Part shown: piece after piece, positions 23,746 to 37,699 of the stretch | How the letters are laid out: every line of letters begins with the position of its first letter | Numbering within the stretch: position 1 is the first letter of the stretch | Source of the DNA: Octopus bimaculoides | Taxonomy: Eukaryota | Length of the DNA: 64,000 nucleotides | Assembly (NCBI RefSeq): GCF_001194135.2 | Contig: NC_068982.1 | Span: 48,684,556-48,748,555, forward strand | Reading direction: 5' to 3' | Notes under the pieces: generated by a model | The model's input: only the letters and a program-made list of their open reading frames with translations | Databases searched by the model: none | Told to the model about the DNA's origin: nothing | Position numbers and translations under genes: made by a program

Positions 23746-24737
23746 TAAAAGATCCAAAAAGTGAATTAATACTCCAGAAAATTATAATCTTTATGATAAA
23801 AATTTCCACTCAGACTTTTAGATATTATTTGATTTAGCATTTTTCTTTTTTTCTTTTTCTAGATAATGGATATTCCCTGGCCTGAAGTCAGTAGACATAA
23901 TAACTACATTGGTACTGATATTTATCTTAATGTGTAAAGTCAAGCAACAGACAACATATCACATTCTATTTGTGATGAAATATTTGTGAAGAAGTCTCTA
24001 CACAGCTCCATCTGCTAGAAATAGCATCCAGATTGCTTTCAAAATATACCTCACTCATAATAATCATCATTGTTTAATCTTCACTTTTCCATGCGTGCAT
24101 GGGTCAGTTAGAATTCGTTGAGGCAGAATTTCTTTTTTCTACAGTCAGATGCTCTTCCTGCTGCCATCTCTCACTTGTTTCCAAGCAAAGTTATATTTTC
24201 TCTTGGCCAGACAGGTTTTTCACTGAAGGCTAGAAATGGACAACCACATTTGTATAACAACGATGATCATTTATAACCTTCATATGACATCTAGACAGGG
24301 GGACTCACAAATGTACACACAAACACACACACACTTAGGAGTCTGACAAAGGAAGACCAAGAGAATAAGTACCAGGCCTTACAAAAAAATAATAATAAGT
24401 ACTGGGGTCGGTTTATTTGACCAAAATTCTTCAAGGTAGTGCCCCAGTATGGTTGCAGTCTAATGACTGGAAAAAGAAAAAGAACCTTAGGAATAACTTG
24501 AAACCCACTTTGATAAACAATAATATAATATGTGATTAACAATGATTTAAAAGTTAAGGATTAACAGATATTTGATACTTTCAGCAATTATTTCTTTATT
24601 AGTCTTATATATTATAAAAATCGTGTAGATGTATCAACATTCCTATACACAAAGTGTCTATACCTACAACAGACACAAAATACTTTGAAAAAGGAAAACC
24701 AAGAAAATAAAAATATATATACATACATACACGTCTA

Positions 24738-24792
<55 letters not shown>

Positions 24793-25213
24793 TTTAGTTN
24801 NNNNNNNNNNNNNNNNNNNNNNNNNNNNNNNNNNNNNNNNNNNNNNNNNNNNNNNNNNNNNNNNNNNNNNNNNNNNNNNNNNNNNNNNNNNNNNNNNNNN
24901 NNNNNNNNNNNNNNNNNNNNNNNNNNNNNNNNNNNNNNNNNNNNNNNNNNNNNNNNNNNNNNNNNNNNNNNNNNNNNNNNNNNNNNNNNNNNNNNNNNNN
25001 NNNNNNNNNNNNNNNNNNNNNNNNNNNNNNNNNNNNNNNNNNNNNNNNNNNNNNNNNNNNNNNNNNNNNNNNNNNNNNNNNNNNNNNNNNNNNNNNNNNN
25101 NNNNNNNNNNNNNNNNNNNNNNNNNNNNNNNNNNNNNNNNNNNNNNNNNNNNNNNNNNNNNNNNNNNNNNNNNNNNNNNNNNNNNNNNNNNNNNNNNNNN
25201 NNNNNNNNNNNNN

Positions 25214-25254
<41 letters not shown>

Positions 25255-25256
<2 letters not shown>

Positions 25257-25649
25257 CCATGCAGTATGAGTGCACCATTGTAGGAGTAATTTATTGTATG
25301 AGCAGAGATTCATGTGAATTTTTGTTTTGAAATATGAGTGGAAATCTGCAGTATGAGCACACAAATCATCCCAGCTTTAATGTAATTCAATTAATAAAAC
25401 CAGTTTATATTCTCTTTTTTATAATTACAGTTTGCATTCTCTTTTGCTTATAATTGTCATTTTACTTGTAACTACATCTGTTCTGATTTAAAACCATAAA
25501 AAATTATTTTGAGTGGGTTTTGGGGTCTGGAATGGATTAATTGTAGTTTAGTTAATTTCAATGGAGAAAATTGATTTGTAAATTGAGTAAATCATAAGAC
25601 GAGCTCAGTCATGGAATGAATTAAACTCATACTGTGAGGTATCACAGTA
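25255..25649. mobile_element. Tigger/pogo-like MITE, degraded
   Basis: gtctggaatggattaattg...gaattaaactcatactgtgaggtatcacag-ta right end. Confidence 0.5.
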
Positions 25650-26106
25650 ATATATTCACAGAGAATCATGAATTTAAATTACATTTAATTATAAATACTT
25701 TCCTTACTGTTTTCTATTTACATTCATATCAGTTTTTCCTTGAACACAGATAATAAACAAGTATGCAAATGAAGATATTTGCATAAGCTTTAGAAGCAGA
25801 TATTATGTTATTGGATGCCCTTCCTTATGTTATTACTTCTGATATCTCTAAAATGATACTGCTATCTATATTCTGATTTATAGATGTTATGAGACCCTTT
25901 TATTACGTGTACTGCTAATAGAATTTATATCAATATTAGCATAGCCATTCTTTAGAAGAGATGTCTCGAATATACATTACCGTCATTTCCTGATGCGTTT
26001 CAAATTATCGCCATATATACATATACACACTTACATGTACATATTTATATATTTACACATATACATACACATGTGTATATATCAAAATTTCATGAAGCAA
26101 ACTGCC

Positions 26107-26161
<55 letters not shown>

Positions 26162-27247
26162 TATATATATACATACACATATATATATATACACATACAC
26201 ATATATATATACACACATACACATATATACATACATACCTGTGTGTGTATATGACTACATGTATGTATGTATTATGTCAAAGGAACAATTATGACTGAGC
26301 TTTTATTTTTACTAAGGATTTTTCATATTTCTTTATCCAGCCTTTATGTTTAATTCAGAACATAAGGGTTCTGAAGGCCATTTGTCTACTAACATTTAAA
26401 AGCTATCTTAGCTTCATTCTCAGAATAAAACTATTGCGGAATGGATTATTTTCATGTGCTTTGCAATAGTTTGCAAAGCATCATGGTGATTTTCCCTCTT
26501 TTTTCTTTTAAATGCCAAACTTAGAATTTATTTAAGTCAAATCCAGTAGTTTTCATACTTAATTACACATATGCATGATGTTCCTGTGTTGATTTTTCAG
26601 ATTATATTTTTTCCATTACTAAAGCTTCCATCGATACTCTTCTCATTTTTTTTTTTTTTTTTTTTTTGTAAAATTCAGTGTAGTATTGCTAACTGATGCT
26701 ACTTTATCAAATTTTGTTGCACTTACTACATTGTAGAGTGTTGTGATGGCTCGTTGTTCAAAATGCACAAATGCACAGTCAAACAATAGAAGGGTATTGT
26801 ATGATCATTGCAGCAGTTTTGATTCATGAACATTATCGCTGTCAAGTTTGCATTGAAATTTATATTCTACATTAGTTGTTAGAAGTATGTTCTGTGTTTT
26901 AGTTCATGGTTTTGTTTCATTATGAAGGTTCTTTTTCATTTTAATACTTTTATAATATATTTCAGCATTGAGTTTGTGGTTAGGTATGATACTTGTATTT
27001 TACTGTTAGTTTTTCCTAATCATATTTTCATCCATTCAATAACCTGAGTGCATTTGGTTCTTGTGGTAGTCAATATACATCATGTGATTATTTTCGTTGG
27101 GTACTGAATTTTATAAGTGTAGTCGAATTCATTTTTGTGACATACTGTGGTATGGTCAACTAATCAAATGAGGGACCTGTTGTTAATTAAGGTTTATTAA
27201 GAGAGCAGTAAATCTCACAACCTGATTAGTGGAGCAATAACTCAGAT

Positions 27248-27448
27248 TTAACCCTTTTGATACCAACCCGACTGAAACCACCTCTGGCTCTGTAGTTCAA
27301 ATGTCTTGTTTTCAAAAGTTCTAAATTAAAATCTTCCTCCAAACCTTGGTCACAATTTATGTTCTTTTACTAAGTTCTTTGTTATATTTATAATTAATTG
27401 AAAGAAACACAGAGCATCTCAACAGAAGTATGGTAACAAAAGGGTTAA
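27248..27448. mobile_element. piggyBac-type MITE (family F)
   Basis: TTAA-cccttttgatacc...ggtaacaaaaggg-TTAA. Confidence 0.85.
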
Positions 27449-27724
27449 CACTGATGGTATAAGGAAGATTCTAATCTTGATAGACAAACTCTGTAGTGCA
27501 GGTGGCACAACGAAATGCACCCAGTTCATCAGTAAAGTGGTGTGAGACTGATACTTAAAATTATGCAATGGAAAAATCAAATCCTAATTATGCAAACAGG
27601 ACTAAAAATTACCTTGTTAATGCTGTACATGATAGTGGGATGACTAGGTGGGAACATATGTCAAAGTGAGGGAACCTCTTGATTCATCAAATGATTGTTC
27701 TTGTAATTCTTTTCTCTTGAAATG

Positions 27725-27795
27725 CAGTGGTGCATAGGTTGTTTGAAGTTTGTTTCATTTCAAGAAACAAACTTCAAACAACCTCTACACCACTG
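27725..27795. repeat. 71-nt hairpin (32-bp stem, 2 mismatches, 7-nt loop)
   Basis: cagtggtgcataggttgtttgaagtttgtttc / gaaacaaacttcaaacaacctctacaccactg. Confidence 0.9.
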
Positions 27796-28224
27796 AAACT
27801 TAGCTCTTTTCATCAAAAGCTCCTGTATCTAAATGGATGCGAAATTATGTAGAGAAAGCACTACAGTAATTGATTTATGAGTAAATGGACAAGTTGGGCT
27901 CTAACACAATAGGAGGCTATGGCTATAGTATGAGGAAATGAAGTGGGATCAAGCTTAGTGAAAATCTGTGATGCAACTAACTAACACTTGGCAACACTAA
28001 CTTCAGGAAACCAGCCAACCATCTGATCATCTACCAATGCAATCCAAAAGACTTTATACTCACTGGAAAAAATACTAAGTCCTCCTGCAATGATGTCTCA
28101 ATTCTCACTAACACACTACTTTGAAATCTTGAACATGTAACATGCTCTGATCCTCTCATTGTATGTTCCCTAGAGGGTACTCTTGACAGAGTCTCTTACT
28201 CACGTGACTTAACTAACAACAGAG

Positions 28225-28300
28225 ATGAGTGTTCTGGAGACATATAGACAAGAATAAAAGCAAGGTGGAAAATTTTTAGAGATTCTCTTCCCCATGCCTT
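28225..28300 (+). mobile_element. RTE LINE RT fragment, degraded
   Basis: ECSGDI*TRIKARWKIFRDSLP resembles RTE ARI..W..FR.L.P. Confidence 0.45.
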
Positions 28301-28425
28301 TCTCAGTGGAAGAAGAAGACCAAGAAAGACATGGAAAGAAAAAAAAAGTGATGAAAGCCAATCTCATGAAAATGAACCTTGTAATGGAGATGACAAATGA
28401 TTACAACAAATGACACGATTCTGTG

Positions 28426-28655
28426 TTAGCCCTTTTGATACCAACCCAGCTGAAACCACCTCTGGCTCTGTAGTATAAATGTCTAGTTACCAAAAGTTCT
28501 GAATTAAAATCTTACACTAAACCTTAGTCACAATTTATGTTCCTAACACTAGCTTAATGATAACTAAGTTATTTTACTAAATTCTTTGTTATATTTAAAA
28601 TTAATTGAAAGTAACACAGTGCATCTCAACAGAAATATGGTAATAAAAGGGTTAA
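28426..28655. mobile_element. piggyBac-type MITE (family F)
   Basis: Longer copy of 27248-27448, same orientation. Confidence 0.85.
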
Positions 28656-29631
28656 GGAATACCTATCCAACCCATGCAAGCATTGAAAACCAGACATAAA
28701 AATGATGACAATCACGAAAATAGTAATAATAATAATGATGATATCAATAAATTTACCCCTTTCAAATACTCATATACAAATATACATTTTCTCTACATTA
28801 GTTTAATTCTTTTCTACTACATTAGTTTAACTCAGTATGATGGCATTAGAGAGTTTTCATTTCATTTAATTAAATAAACCTTTAACAGCATCAGCTTTGC
28901 TATTACAACAAATCGTATTTCTTCACTGTTCAGCATTTAAGTTTTGAAACCAAATACTTTAGAATGTTAATCCTTAGAGTGAGAGAAGCACTTTAGATAG
29001 CTGCCTATTGATTTTAGAATTAGTATTGTTCTCAGTAGCTTCTTTACAATGATAAATCATTCCAATATTCTCATTTATTTACCATAAAAGCACGTGATTA
29101 CTGTACCATTAAAAAAAAAACAAAAAAAAAACCAAAGTTACATGTACAAAGAACAGTTGGTTACTATCTGATGGTATAGTTTATATAGAATGAAATGATG
29201 CCATGCAGTAATCACAGGGATGTAGTGAGCTACCTAACAACTTAGTTTCATTCATTCAAACATTCTAATTACCCAGCAGTCTAGTAGTTAGTTGTAGTAG
29301 CTACTGTGTAGTCAGTATGACTGCATCTTCAACTGATTCACTTTTATTATTAGTGGATGAGAGAATAAGACACTTGTCTGTTGAATGGGTTTTTGAAGTT
29401 CATTCAGTGAATTGAGAGCTTTTCTGTTTAATGTAATTCCTGTATTGGATTCTGATTGGGGTAGAATGATTACAAGAAAATGAATGGCACCTAATTTAGA
29501 AAAGAGGAAATCTGAAATGTTGCAACAAATATTAAGAGGAAAACTTGTAGAATAGTTGTGAATTCAAAAGTCAACCTGATAGAGAACTACACTTTAAGTC
29601 TTTTACTATAACTTGAATATGGAATAATAAC

Positions 29632-29807
29632 GAAGTGCAAGCATGGCTGCATGGTAAAAAGATCTGATTCACAACCAAGTGGTGTTAAGTTTAGTCCCAT
29701 TGCATGGCACCTCAGGCGTGTGTCTAGTATTATAGTCACAGATTGACCAATGTCTTATGAATGAAATTTGGTTGATGGAAACTGTGTGGAAACCTACTAT
29801 GTATATG
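29632..29807 (+). mobile_element. SINE family A 5' part
   Basis: gcatggctgcatggtaaaaag...ttggttgatggaaactg. Confidence 0.7.
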
Positions 29808-29814
29808 GTTTGTT

Positions 29815-30036
29815 TGAGGGAGAGCTGAAAAGTTCCTGGCTGTAAGACCTGGCTGAAAGACCTGGTTGAAGGCCCAACTTTCTGAGTTCTTTTACAGGGC
29901 TTAGAAAAACTGAAGGACCATTGCAGTAAGTGTGTGAATCTGAGAGAGGAATAATGTTGAATAAAATCCTAATTAACTGATCCTCTTGTTTTTTTTTTCT
30001 TATCCTCAAAGCCAGGAACTTTTCTGTACCCCCTTG
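29815..30036 (+). mobile_element. mariner-derived MITE
   Basis: TIR core aaaagttcctggct at both ends; internal LQGLEKLKDHCSKCVNLREE resembles a mariner transposase C-terminus. Confidence 0.75.
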
Positions 30037-30379
30037 AATATGTGTGTGTTTGTGCATGTATGTGTTTGTGCATGTGTGTGTATGCATGTATGTACATGTG
30101 TTTGCATATGTGTGCATGTACATATGTGTGCATGTACATATGTGTCTTTTCATGTGCACTCGTTACTGTATATCTTTGTATTAACACCATTGAGGCAGCA
30201 GTGGCAATGTTAAGGTTCTGTATAAGTAAAAGGCCAAGCAGCTTGACGGCTAATGCAATGGCAGAATAAAATACCTTACTTGAGAAACAAGAAAGGGTTG
30301 GCATCAAAAAGGGTGTCAGCCTCACCAAGTCTTATCCACACCGTGCCAGCATAGAAAACAAGGGGACATAACTACAACA

Positions 30380-30700
30380 ATGAATGAATGAATGAATGAA
30401 AATATAGATGATTAAAAAAATAATTGAATGAATGAATAAGTGATTGAATAAATAGACAAATGAAGGAATAAAAAAATAAAGAAATGAAAGAATAGATGAA
30501 TAAATGAATAAAAGAATGAGTGAATGAATGAATAAAAGAATAAATAAATAAATAAATAAATGAATGAATGAATGAATGAGTAGATGAATAAATGAATAAA
30601 AGAATAAGTGAATGAATGAATTAAAAAATGAATGACTAAGAGAATGAATGAATAAAGGAATAAAAGAATATATAAATGAATGATTGAAATAATTAATGAC
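30380..30700. repeat. Degenerate (TGAA/TAAA)n tract
   Basis: Visible. Confidence 0.9.
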
Positions 30701-30794
30701 TGAATATCTTGAACAAAAATTTGACCAACAAGATTGTTATTTGTGTAGAATATTGACAAAGTATCAACTGATAAAAGCAGTGATGCAGTGTAAG

Positions 30795-31000
30795 GTGACA
30801 AGCTGGCAGAATCGTGAGCACACCAGGCAAAATGCTTAGCAGCATTTCGTCTGGCTTTATGTTCTGAGTTCAAATTATGCCAAAGTCAGCTTTGCCTTTC
30901 TGGGTCAATAAACTAAGTACTAGTTGAGTATTGGGGGTAGATGTAATCAAACTTACCCCCTTTGTCAAAATTACTGGCCTTGTGCCAAAATTTGAAATCG
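30795..31000 (+). mobile_element. SINE family B
   Basis: aaggtgacaagctggcagaatcgtgagcac. Confidence 0.8.
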
Positions 31001-31789
31001 ATATCAGTAATGAGGTTGAAAGGAGAGGAAAGTTAAGGAATTTTCATAACATAAGGTCTGAGACTAAAGATTTCTAATTCTTTATTGCTATGAAATGACA
31101 ATAAATAATTCATTTATCAATAAATTTTTGTCATGGTGAATGACAATAAATAACCACATTCTTAAAATCAAATTATTATATATATATGTATATACAAACA
31201 CCCTTTACATAGACGTATAAATACGTAATTTTAATTTGACAAAGACTGAAGACAAATATGTCTTATAAATTGTACAGAAAATTAATATTTATTTGAAGAG
31301 AAGAACTCCTGAACATAAACATTATTACCTTTCTTGTTTCAAGATGATGAATTAAATTTGACAATGCATAATAAAATGTAACAATCCTTATCAAAAATAT
31401 TAGAAATTGAGAAAAAGAAAAAGCAATGTAAGTGTATTATGCGTGTGCATGTAAGTATATGTGCACATGTGTAAAACAAAGAAAGTATGGAGAAGGAAAG
31501 TAATAATTTAAGGATACATCTATGTGAAGTAGGAAAGAGAACTGAAGGGATAAAAGAGACAAGAGATGGAGAATAATAGAGGAAATAAGAAGAAAAACAG
31601 AAAGAGAGAGAGAGAGAGTAAGAAAGGAAGTGTAAGAGAGCAGGAGAATGGACAGTAAGGGAGAGGAGGAGAGAATAGGAATGTGGAGAAAGAGAAAAAG
31701 ATGATAATATAGAGTATTGAAAATTGCAAATGTTAAAACATTTAGCTGTTAAAACATCCATATCAGACCTAATTACTCTACCTGTAATA

Positions 31790-32035
31790 ATTGTTTCTGA
31801 TTTTGGCACAAGGCCAGCAATTTCAAAGGAAGTGGATAAGTTGGTCTCATTGACTCCAATAGTCGAATGATACTATACTTCGCTGACCCTTGCAGTATAA
31901 AAGCTGAATTTTGCCTCAGCATGATTTGAACTCAGAATGTAAAGAGATGAAAAAGTACTGCAAAACATTTTATCTGATGCTCTAACACTTCTGCTAATCC
32001 ACTACCCTTGGTTTTTGCTTTAGACACAAGGCCAA
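31790..32035 (-). mobile_element. SINE family B
   Basis: atttgaactcagaatgtaaag. Confidence 0.7.
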
Positions 32036-32040
32036 CATTT

Positions 32041-32640
32041 TTAAACCTTTAACATATCTGGCCCAAATATTCTACCTGTTTAATGCTACCACCTACCCTA
32101 CAAAGTCATTCTAAAAAACAAAAGGTGCAAGCCTGGCTGTGTGGTAAGAAGCTTGCTTCCCAACCACATAGCTCCAGGTTCAGTCACACTGCATGGCACC
32201 TTGGGCAAATGTCTTCTACTATAGCCTCAGGCTAACCAAAATTTTTTTGTGAGTGGATTTTCTGTAAATGAAAACTGAAAGAAGCCCATCATGTATGTGT
32301 AGGTGTGTGTGTGCATGTCTTTGTGTCTGTTTGTCCCCCCACCATCACTTGATCGTTGTTGGTGTGTTTACGCCCCTGTAATTTAGTATTTCGGCAAAAC
32401 AGACCGATAGAATAAGCACTAAGCTTACAAAGAATAAGTCTTGGGGTCAATTTCTTTGACTAAAATCTTTTAAGGCAGTGCTCCAGCATGGCCACAGCCA
32501 AATGATTGCAATATGTAAAAGAATAAAAGAATCAGAAAACCAAAATCTCACCGCTACAAGATGTTGCATGATTAATTCAAAACAATGTGAATAAATAAGC
32601 ATTACATTTTCACAGAGTAACATGAATACTAAAGGGTTAA
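32041..32640 (+). mobile_element. Family G piggyBac MITE split by a SINE family A copy (32123-32532)
   Basis: MITE left part 32041-32122, SINE, MITE right part ending aaagggttaa at 32640. Confidence 0.8.
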
Positions 32641-33503
32641 GGAGAGGAATAAGTTGTTGACATCACCCCAAGTGTTTGATTGGCATTTTATTTTATTGAC
32701 TTTGGAGGCAAGAAAGGCAAAGTTGGCTTCAACAGTGCATAAAGAACTAGTAATAACTTAGCCAATACAGCAATNNNNNNNNNNNNNNNNNNNNNNNNNN
32801 NNNNNNNNNNNNNNNNNNNNNNNNNNNNNNNNNNNNNNNNNNNNNNNNNNNNNNNNNNNNNNNNNNNNNNNNNNNNNNNNNNNNNNNNNNNNNNNNNNNN
32901 NNNNNNNNNNNNNNNNNNNNNNNNNNNNNNNNNNNNNNNNNNNNNNNNNNNNNNNNNNNNNNNNNNNNNNNNNNNNNNNNNNNNNNNNNNNNNNNNNNNN
33001 NNNNNNNNNNNNNNNNNNNNNNNNGTGTGTGTGTGTGTGTGTGTGGGTGTGTGTGTGTGTGTGCAAAGGAAATTCTGACAAACAACATGATATTTAAATG
33101 TATACTTACATGATTGCAATATAAAGAAGCTTTATGCTTCATTTCATATCAAATTAATGCTCTACAGATTTTTATCATTATATCATTGCTTTTTCTATCA
33201 AGACACAAATATTGAAAGGTTGAGTCAAAAGTATAGAATCCAAGTACAAACCCATATATATATTCATGTTCTTAATTATTGATATTACTTTAATTGCTTC
33301 TGAAAGTATACAGTTCAATAATATAAGTGCATGTAACTTTATTTGATGGTATATCATGTCAGCATACATGTTTCATGACTCTTAGATTTCTATATGATAT
33401 GCAAGCCTTGAACTTTCTTTCATCTGTAAATTGTGTGATATCTAGTCTTTGAACATTTATCCAAATATTAGGTTTTTGTGATACACACACACACACACAC
33501 ACA

Positions 33504-33556
<53 letters not shown>

Positions 33557-33919
33557 TCACTTAAGTATATATACGTACATAAATATATACATACATAGTT
33601 ATGTTACGTCACCTATTTTGTTAAGTCATGCTTTGTATTAAAAAATAAGCTATAAATGTAGTTCAATCAATGTGATGGTTAATCTGTGGTTTTCTCCATT
33701 TTCTAATTATATGCATACATAAATATATATAATTACAAATTTTGCATTTCTGAATCTCTCAGGGAGACTTATACAGTAGCAGCAAGATAAAGTGATGGTT
33801 TGTTGCCAACTTAATGTGGCAGTCCCAGGAAAGGGAAGAATGCTACTGCTATTTAGCCCCAGGAAACACTGTTTCCAGTTGGCTATGTGACAAAAGTATT
33901 CTGTGTCGTTAAGTTTTCA

Positions 33920-34116
33920 AACAGGAGAGATAAGCACCTCCACCCAGCGAAGCCGGCATCCAGAATTTATTTCACTTGAAATTTTATAAGATTTCAACAG
34001 CAAATAAGCATTGACAGCTAGCAAGCCAAGCTACTCCAGATTGATGAAAAGCAATAACTCTGAAACTAGTCTCTGGATGCTGGCTTTGCTAGGTGGAGGT
34101 GCTTATCTCCACTGTT
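33920..34116. mobile_element. MITE-like element with 38-bp TIRs
   Basis: 33927-33964 vs 34072-34109, 3 transition mismatches, 107-nt spacer. Confidence 0.7.
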
Positions 34117-34267
34117 AAGGTGAATTTATTTGTAGAGAGAGTTATAGTAGTAAAAAATACAATTATAATTAAGGGCATAGAGGAAACCATGCCTACACCC
34201 TTAATTATAACTGCATTTTATACTATAATAAATCTCTATATATGTATATCTATATATTCAACGGGCT

Positions 34268-34400
34268 TTTTGAGTTTCTGCTCACAAGATATTGATTGAC
34301 TTGGCGCTTTCATTGAAGACACTTGCCCAAGATAGCATGCAGTGGGACCAAACCCAAGACCATATTGTTGAGAAGCAAGCTTTTTAACCACAAAGCCACA
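34268..34400 (-). mobile_element. SINE family A 5' part
   Basis: gaagacacttgcccaag...gcaagctttttaaccacaaagcc. Confidence 0.75.
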
Positions 34401-35223
34401 CATGAAGGGTATGCAATATTTTTGTCTAGAAATAATTTTGTAGATTCATGGTGACTGAGTAGTTATTGCTGCTGCTAAATCCCAATCTGGCACTAATCAA
34501 GCAAACATATAATCTAAAATTTTCCAGATGTGGCCACCCTATCATTCTTTTTTTTTTTTTTTTTTTTTTGATGATATAGAATATTCTATCTATGCACCCT
34601 TCTTCAAGGTGTAATTTAAAGAAAGTTTTTGACTGCCATTTCCACTAGGAGCCAACAGACAGCAGCTCTCTTGTTGGATTATGATATCTGCATAGGATCA
34701 GTGCGTGAAGTCATATCCTATCACTGGCACAATAATGTATCTTTGGACTTAACCATTGGCTAATTTTTTGTTGGAAATAATTAGACCATATCTAAAACAG
34801 GCCTGCTAATAAAGCTTTTATTAAATTACTGATTGAATTACAACACAGGTAATGAATTCTACCAAACTCATCTTAGTTTGTCCAACTTTACAAATAGTTA
34901 AGAAATGCAGAAATGTGGCAGACTGGCTTTGATTGCCATGTAAATTGTACCATTGCAGAAAAATTTGAGTCAAGAACTATATCATTACTGTCGATAGAAC
35001 AGTCTCCAGATGTTAAATCTTGAATCATTTCTGCTTTATGACACTATTTATTTCACTATAAGTCATAGATATAGTACATATGTTGTGTGAAATCTTGTAG
35101 CAACTTATATTCAGAACAATATAGCATGCATTATATTACCTTTACTGGATACATTACCTTGGCATCTACTCATAAACAAGTCTGTACAACATAGTAATAG
35201 CTTTGCTTTGAGAGTGTGAACTC

Positions 35224-35264
<41 letters not shown>

Positions 35265-36245
35265 TTGTGATCTCTCTGTCATCTAAACTGTTCATCAACT
35301 TTCACTTTATATAATGTTTAAGGTTTGAAGGCTAACTCCAGTCTAGATGAGAACATATATAATGCTACCTTGCTGCAGTCGACAAATAGTTGTTAATAAT
35401 ATGACATAGATAAAATATATAAGAATGAGTATAAGCATTTTAAGAGATTAAAGAAAATAAATACATAAATAATCAATACAATGCATCATTGGAAATATGA
35501 TAAACTGGATTATAATGGATAGGATGATATTTTATACAATAATCCTGACCTGATGAATATTTTTTTGCAATATAAGCACATTAATATATTTTGAATATAA
35601 ACAGATTAATATATTTAGAATGATAAAGACTGAATTTTGTCTAAAAAATTAGTAAACTCACATTAAAATGGAAATTATAATTTTTATGGTATTCTCACAA
35701 ATATAATATTATACGCCATGTGTGTGTATGTGTATATGTGTGTATGTGTATATGTGTGTATATGTGTTTGAATATGTTCTGTTCTCTGTTGTTTTTGTTT
35801 TTTTTTTCCTTCCCCGCATTGTACAGCTAATGATAGATATACACACACATATAAACAAATATACACTTATCTTTTTTATGTACTTAAAATTATAGCTATC
35901 GAGAAATATATGATGAATATTTATTAAGAGCGATAGCAATACAAAATTATGAATGATTTCTATACTGATTTCACTTTCTTTTGTCTTCAGTTTCCCCCAA
36001 ACTTTGTTAGGTTATGTAGAATCAGAACATTTGCATTTTGGTTCACAGACAGCTGACTGTTGTCTTCATTCACTAATGTATTCATGTAAATATACACTCA
36101 TACATTCATACAAGCATAAATACATACACACAATTCATTTCAAAATGAACAATTTGAGATTGAAAATGTATTTATACATGCATAAATGTATGACGTATGC
36201 ATTCTTGTATATATATGCACACATATACATTATGTATGTATGCGA

Positions 36246-36356
<111 letters not shown>

Positions 36357-36383
36357 AATTCATACATACATATACATTTATAA

Positions 36384-36423
<40 letters not shown>

Positions 36424-36619
36424 TTATTTAAAACTTGGCACAATATTTCTTGCAGCTGATAATGATCATGTCAATCAGACCAATAGCTATGCCAAGATTT
36501 GAATAAAAGAATATTAAACTTCATGCTTGTATCATGTATTGAGTACTAAATTTAAAAGAAGACCATTTCAATTGAACCAAATTCAATGAATCTGTGTGTG
36601 AATGATTGATTAACTGATT

Positions 36620-36644
36620 GATTGATTAATAGACAGAGATAGAT

Positions 36645-36677
<33 letters not shown>

Positions 36678-36678
36678 C

Positions 36679-36713
<35 letters not shown>

Positions 36714-36803
36714 TATATATATATATATATATATATAGATACATTTCTTTTATTAGCCACACAGGGCTCAACGAAGATGGGACAAATATATATATATATA
36801 TAT

Positions 36804-36866
<63 letters not shown>

Positions 36867-36960
36867 CAGAGACAGACAGACAGACAGATAGATAAATCTT
36901 ATACATATACACACATATATACACACACATTATATATACATACAAATTATATACACACAC
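36620..36960. repeat. (GATA/GACA/TA)n compound microsatellite
   Basis: Visible. Confidence 0.9.
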
Positions 36961-37133
36961 ACATATATCATCATCCTCACCATCATAATGATGATTGTTT
37001 TAATGTCTTTCCCATGCTTGCTTAGCTCAGATGACATCAGGTAGCCTAAATGGTGAAAGTGCTCTAATTGGAATTACTATTAGACATCTCTCCAAAGTCC
37101 AAAATGTTATATATATATACACATACATACACA

Positions 37134-37350
37134 CAGTAATCCCTCGACTATCATGGGTGTTATGTTCCAAAACCCCCCGCAGTAGGTGAAAATCCACCAA
37201 GTCGAAACAGTACAGTGCTGTATACTTTTTCCTTATTTTTATAATTTGTGTATATTTGTATATAAATGCAAAACAACACCGCAGAGAAATCAACGTAGGT
37301 TTAAATAATAAATAGCGATAGGTGAACTGTGATATGGTGAGGGATTACTG
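37134..37350. mobile_element. Tigger/pogo-type MITE
   Basis: TIR cagtaatccctc / gagggattactg. Confidence 0.8.
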
Positions 37351-37699
37351 CATATATATAAGCACACACACACATACATACATACACATACATGCACATA
37401 CGCTCACACTCATATATATATAAAACTTTCAATTAAATTCCTGATTCTCAGTCAAAAGATCAAGGAGAACATTGCTGAATAAAGGAATGGAAGCATTACA
37501 AATATAAAGTGCATAATTCTTGTCTCAGATATTGACTTGACAGCACATGCAAACTGTTAGAGCATTTTCACTCCTCACTGGAGGTTGAAAAGTGTTTTTA
37601 TGAACAATAAACAACATTTATACAGGTCAAAATAAAAAAAAACAACAAAAGGCCTATTTTCCTTTCTTTTCTCTTGTAATGTTGCCCTTCTTATCTTGA

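Noticed and set aside
25975-26010. gaaacgcatcagg on -, resembling the 3' half of a PLE hammerhead
   Set aside because: No CUGANGA core or stem II upstream.
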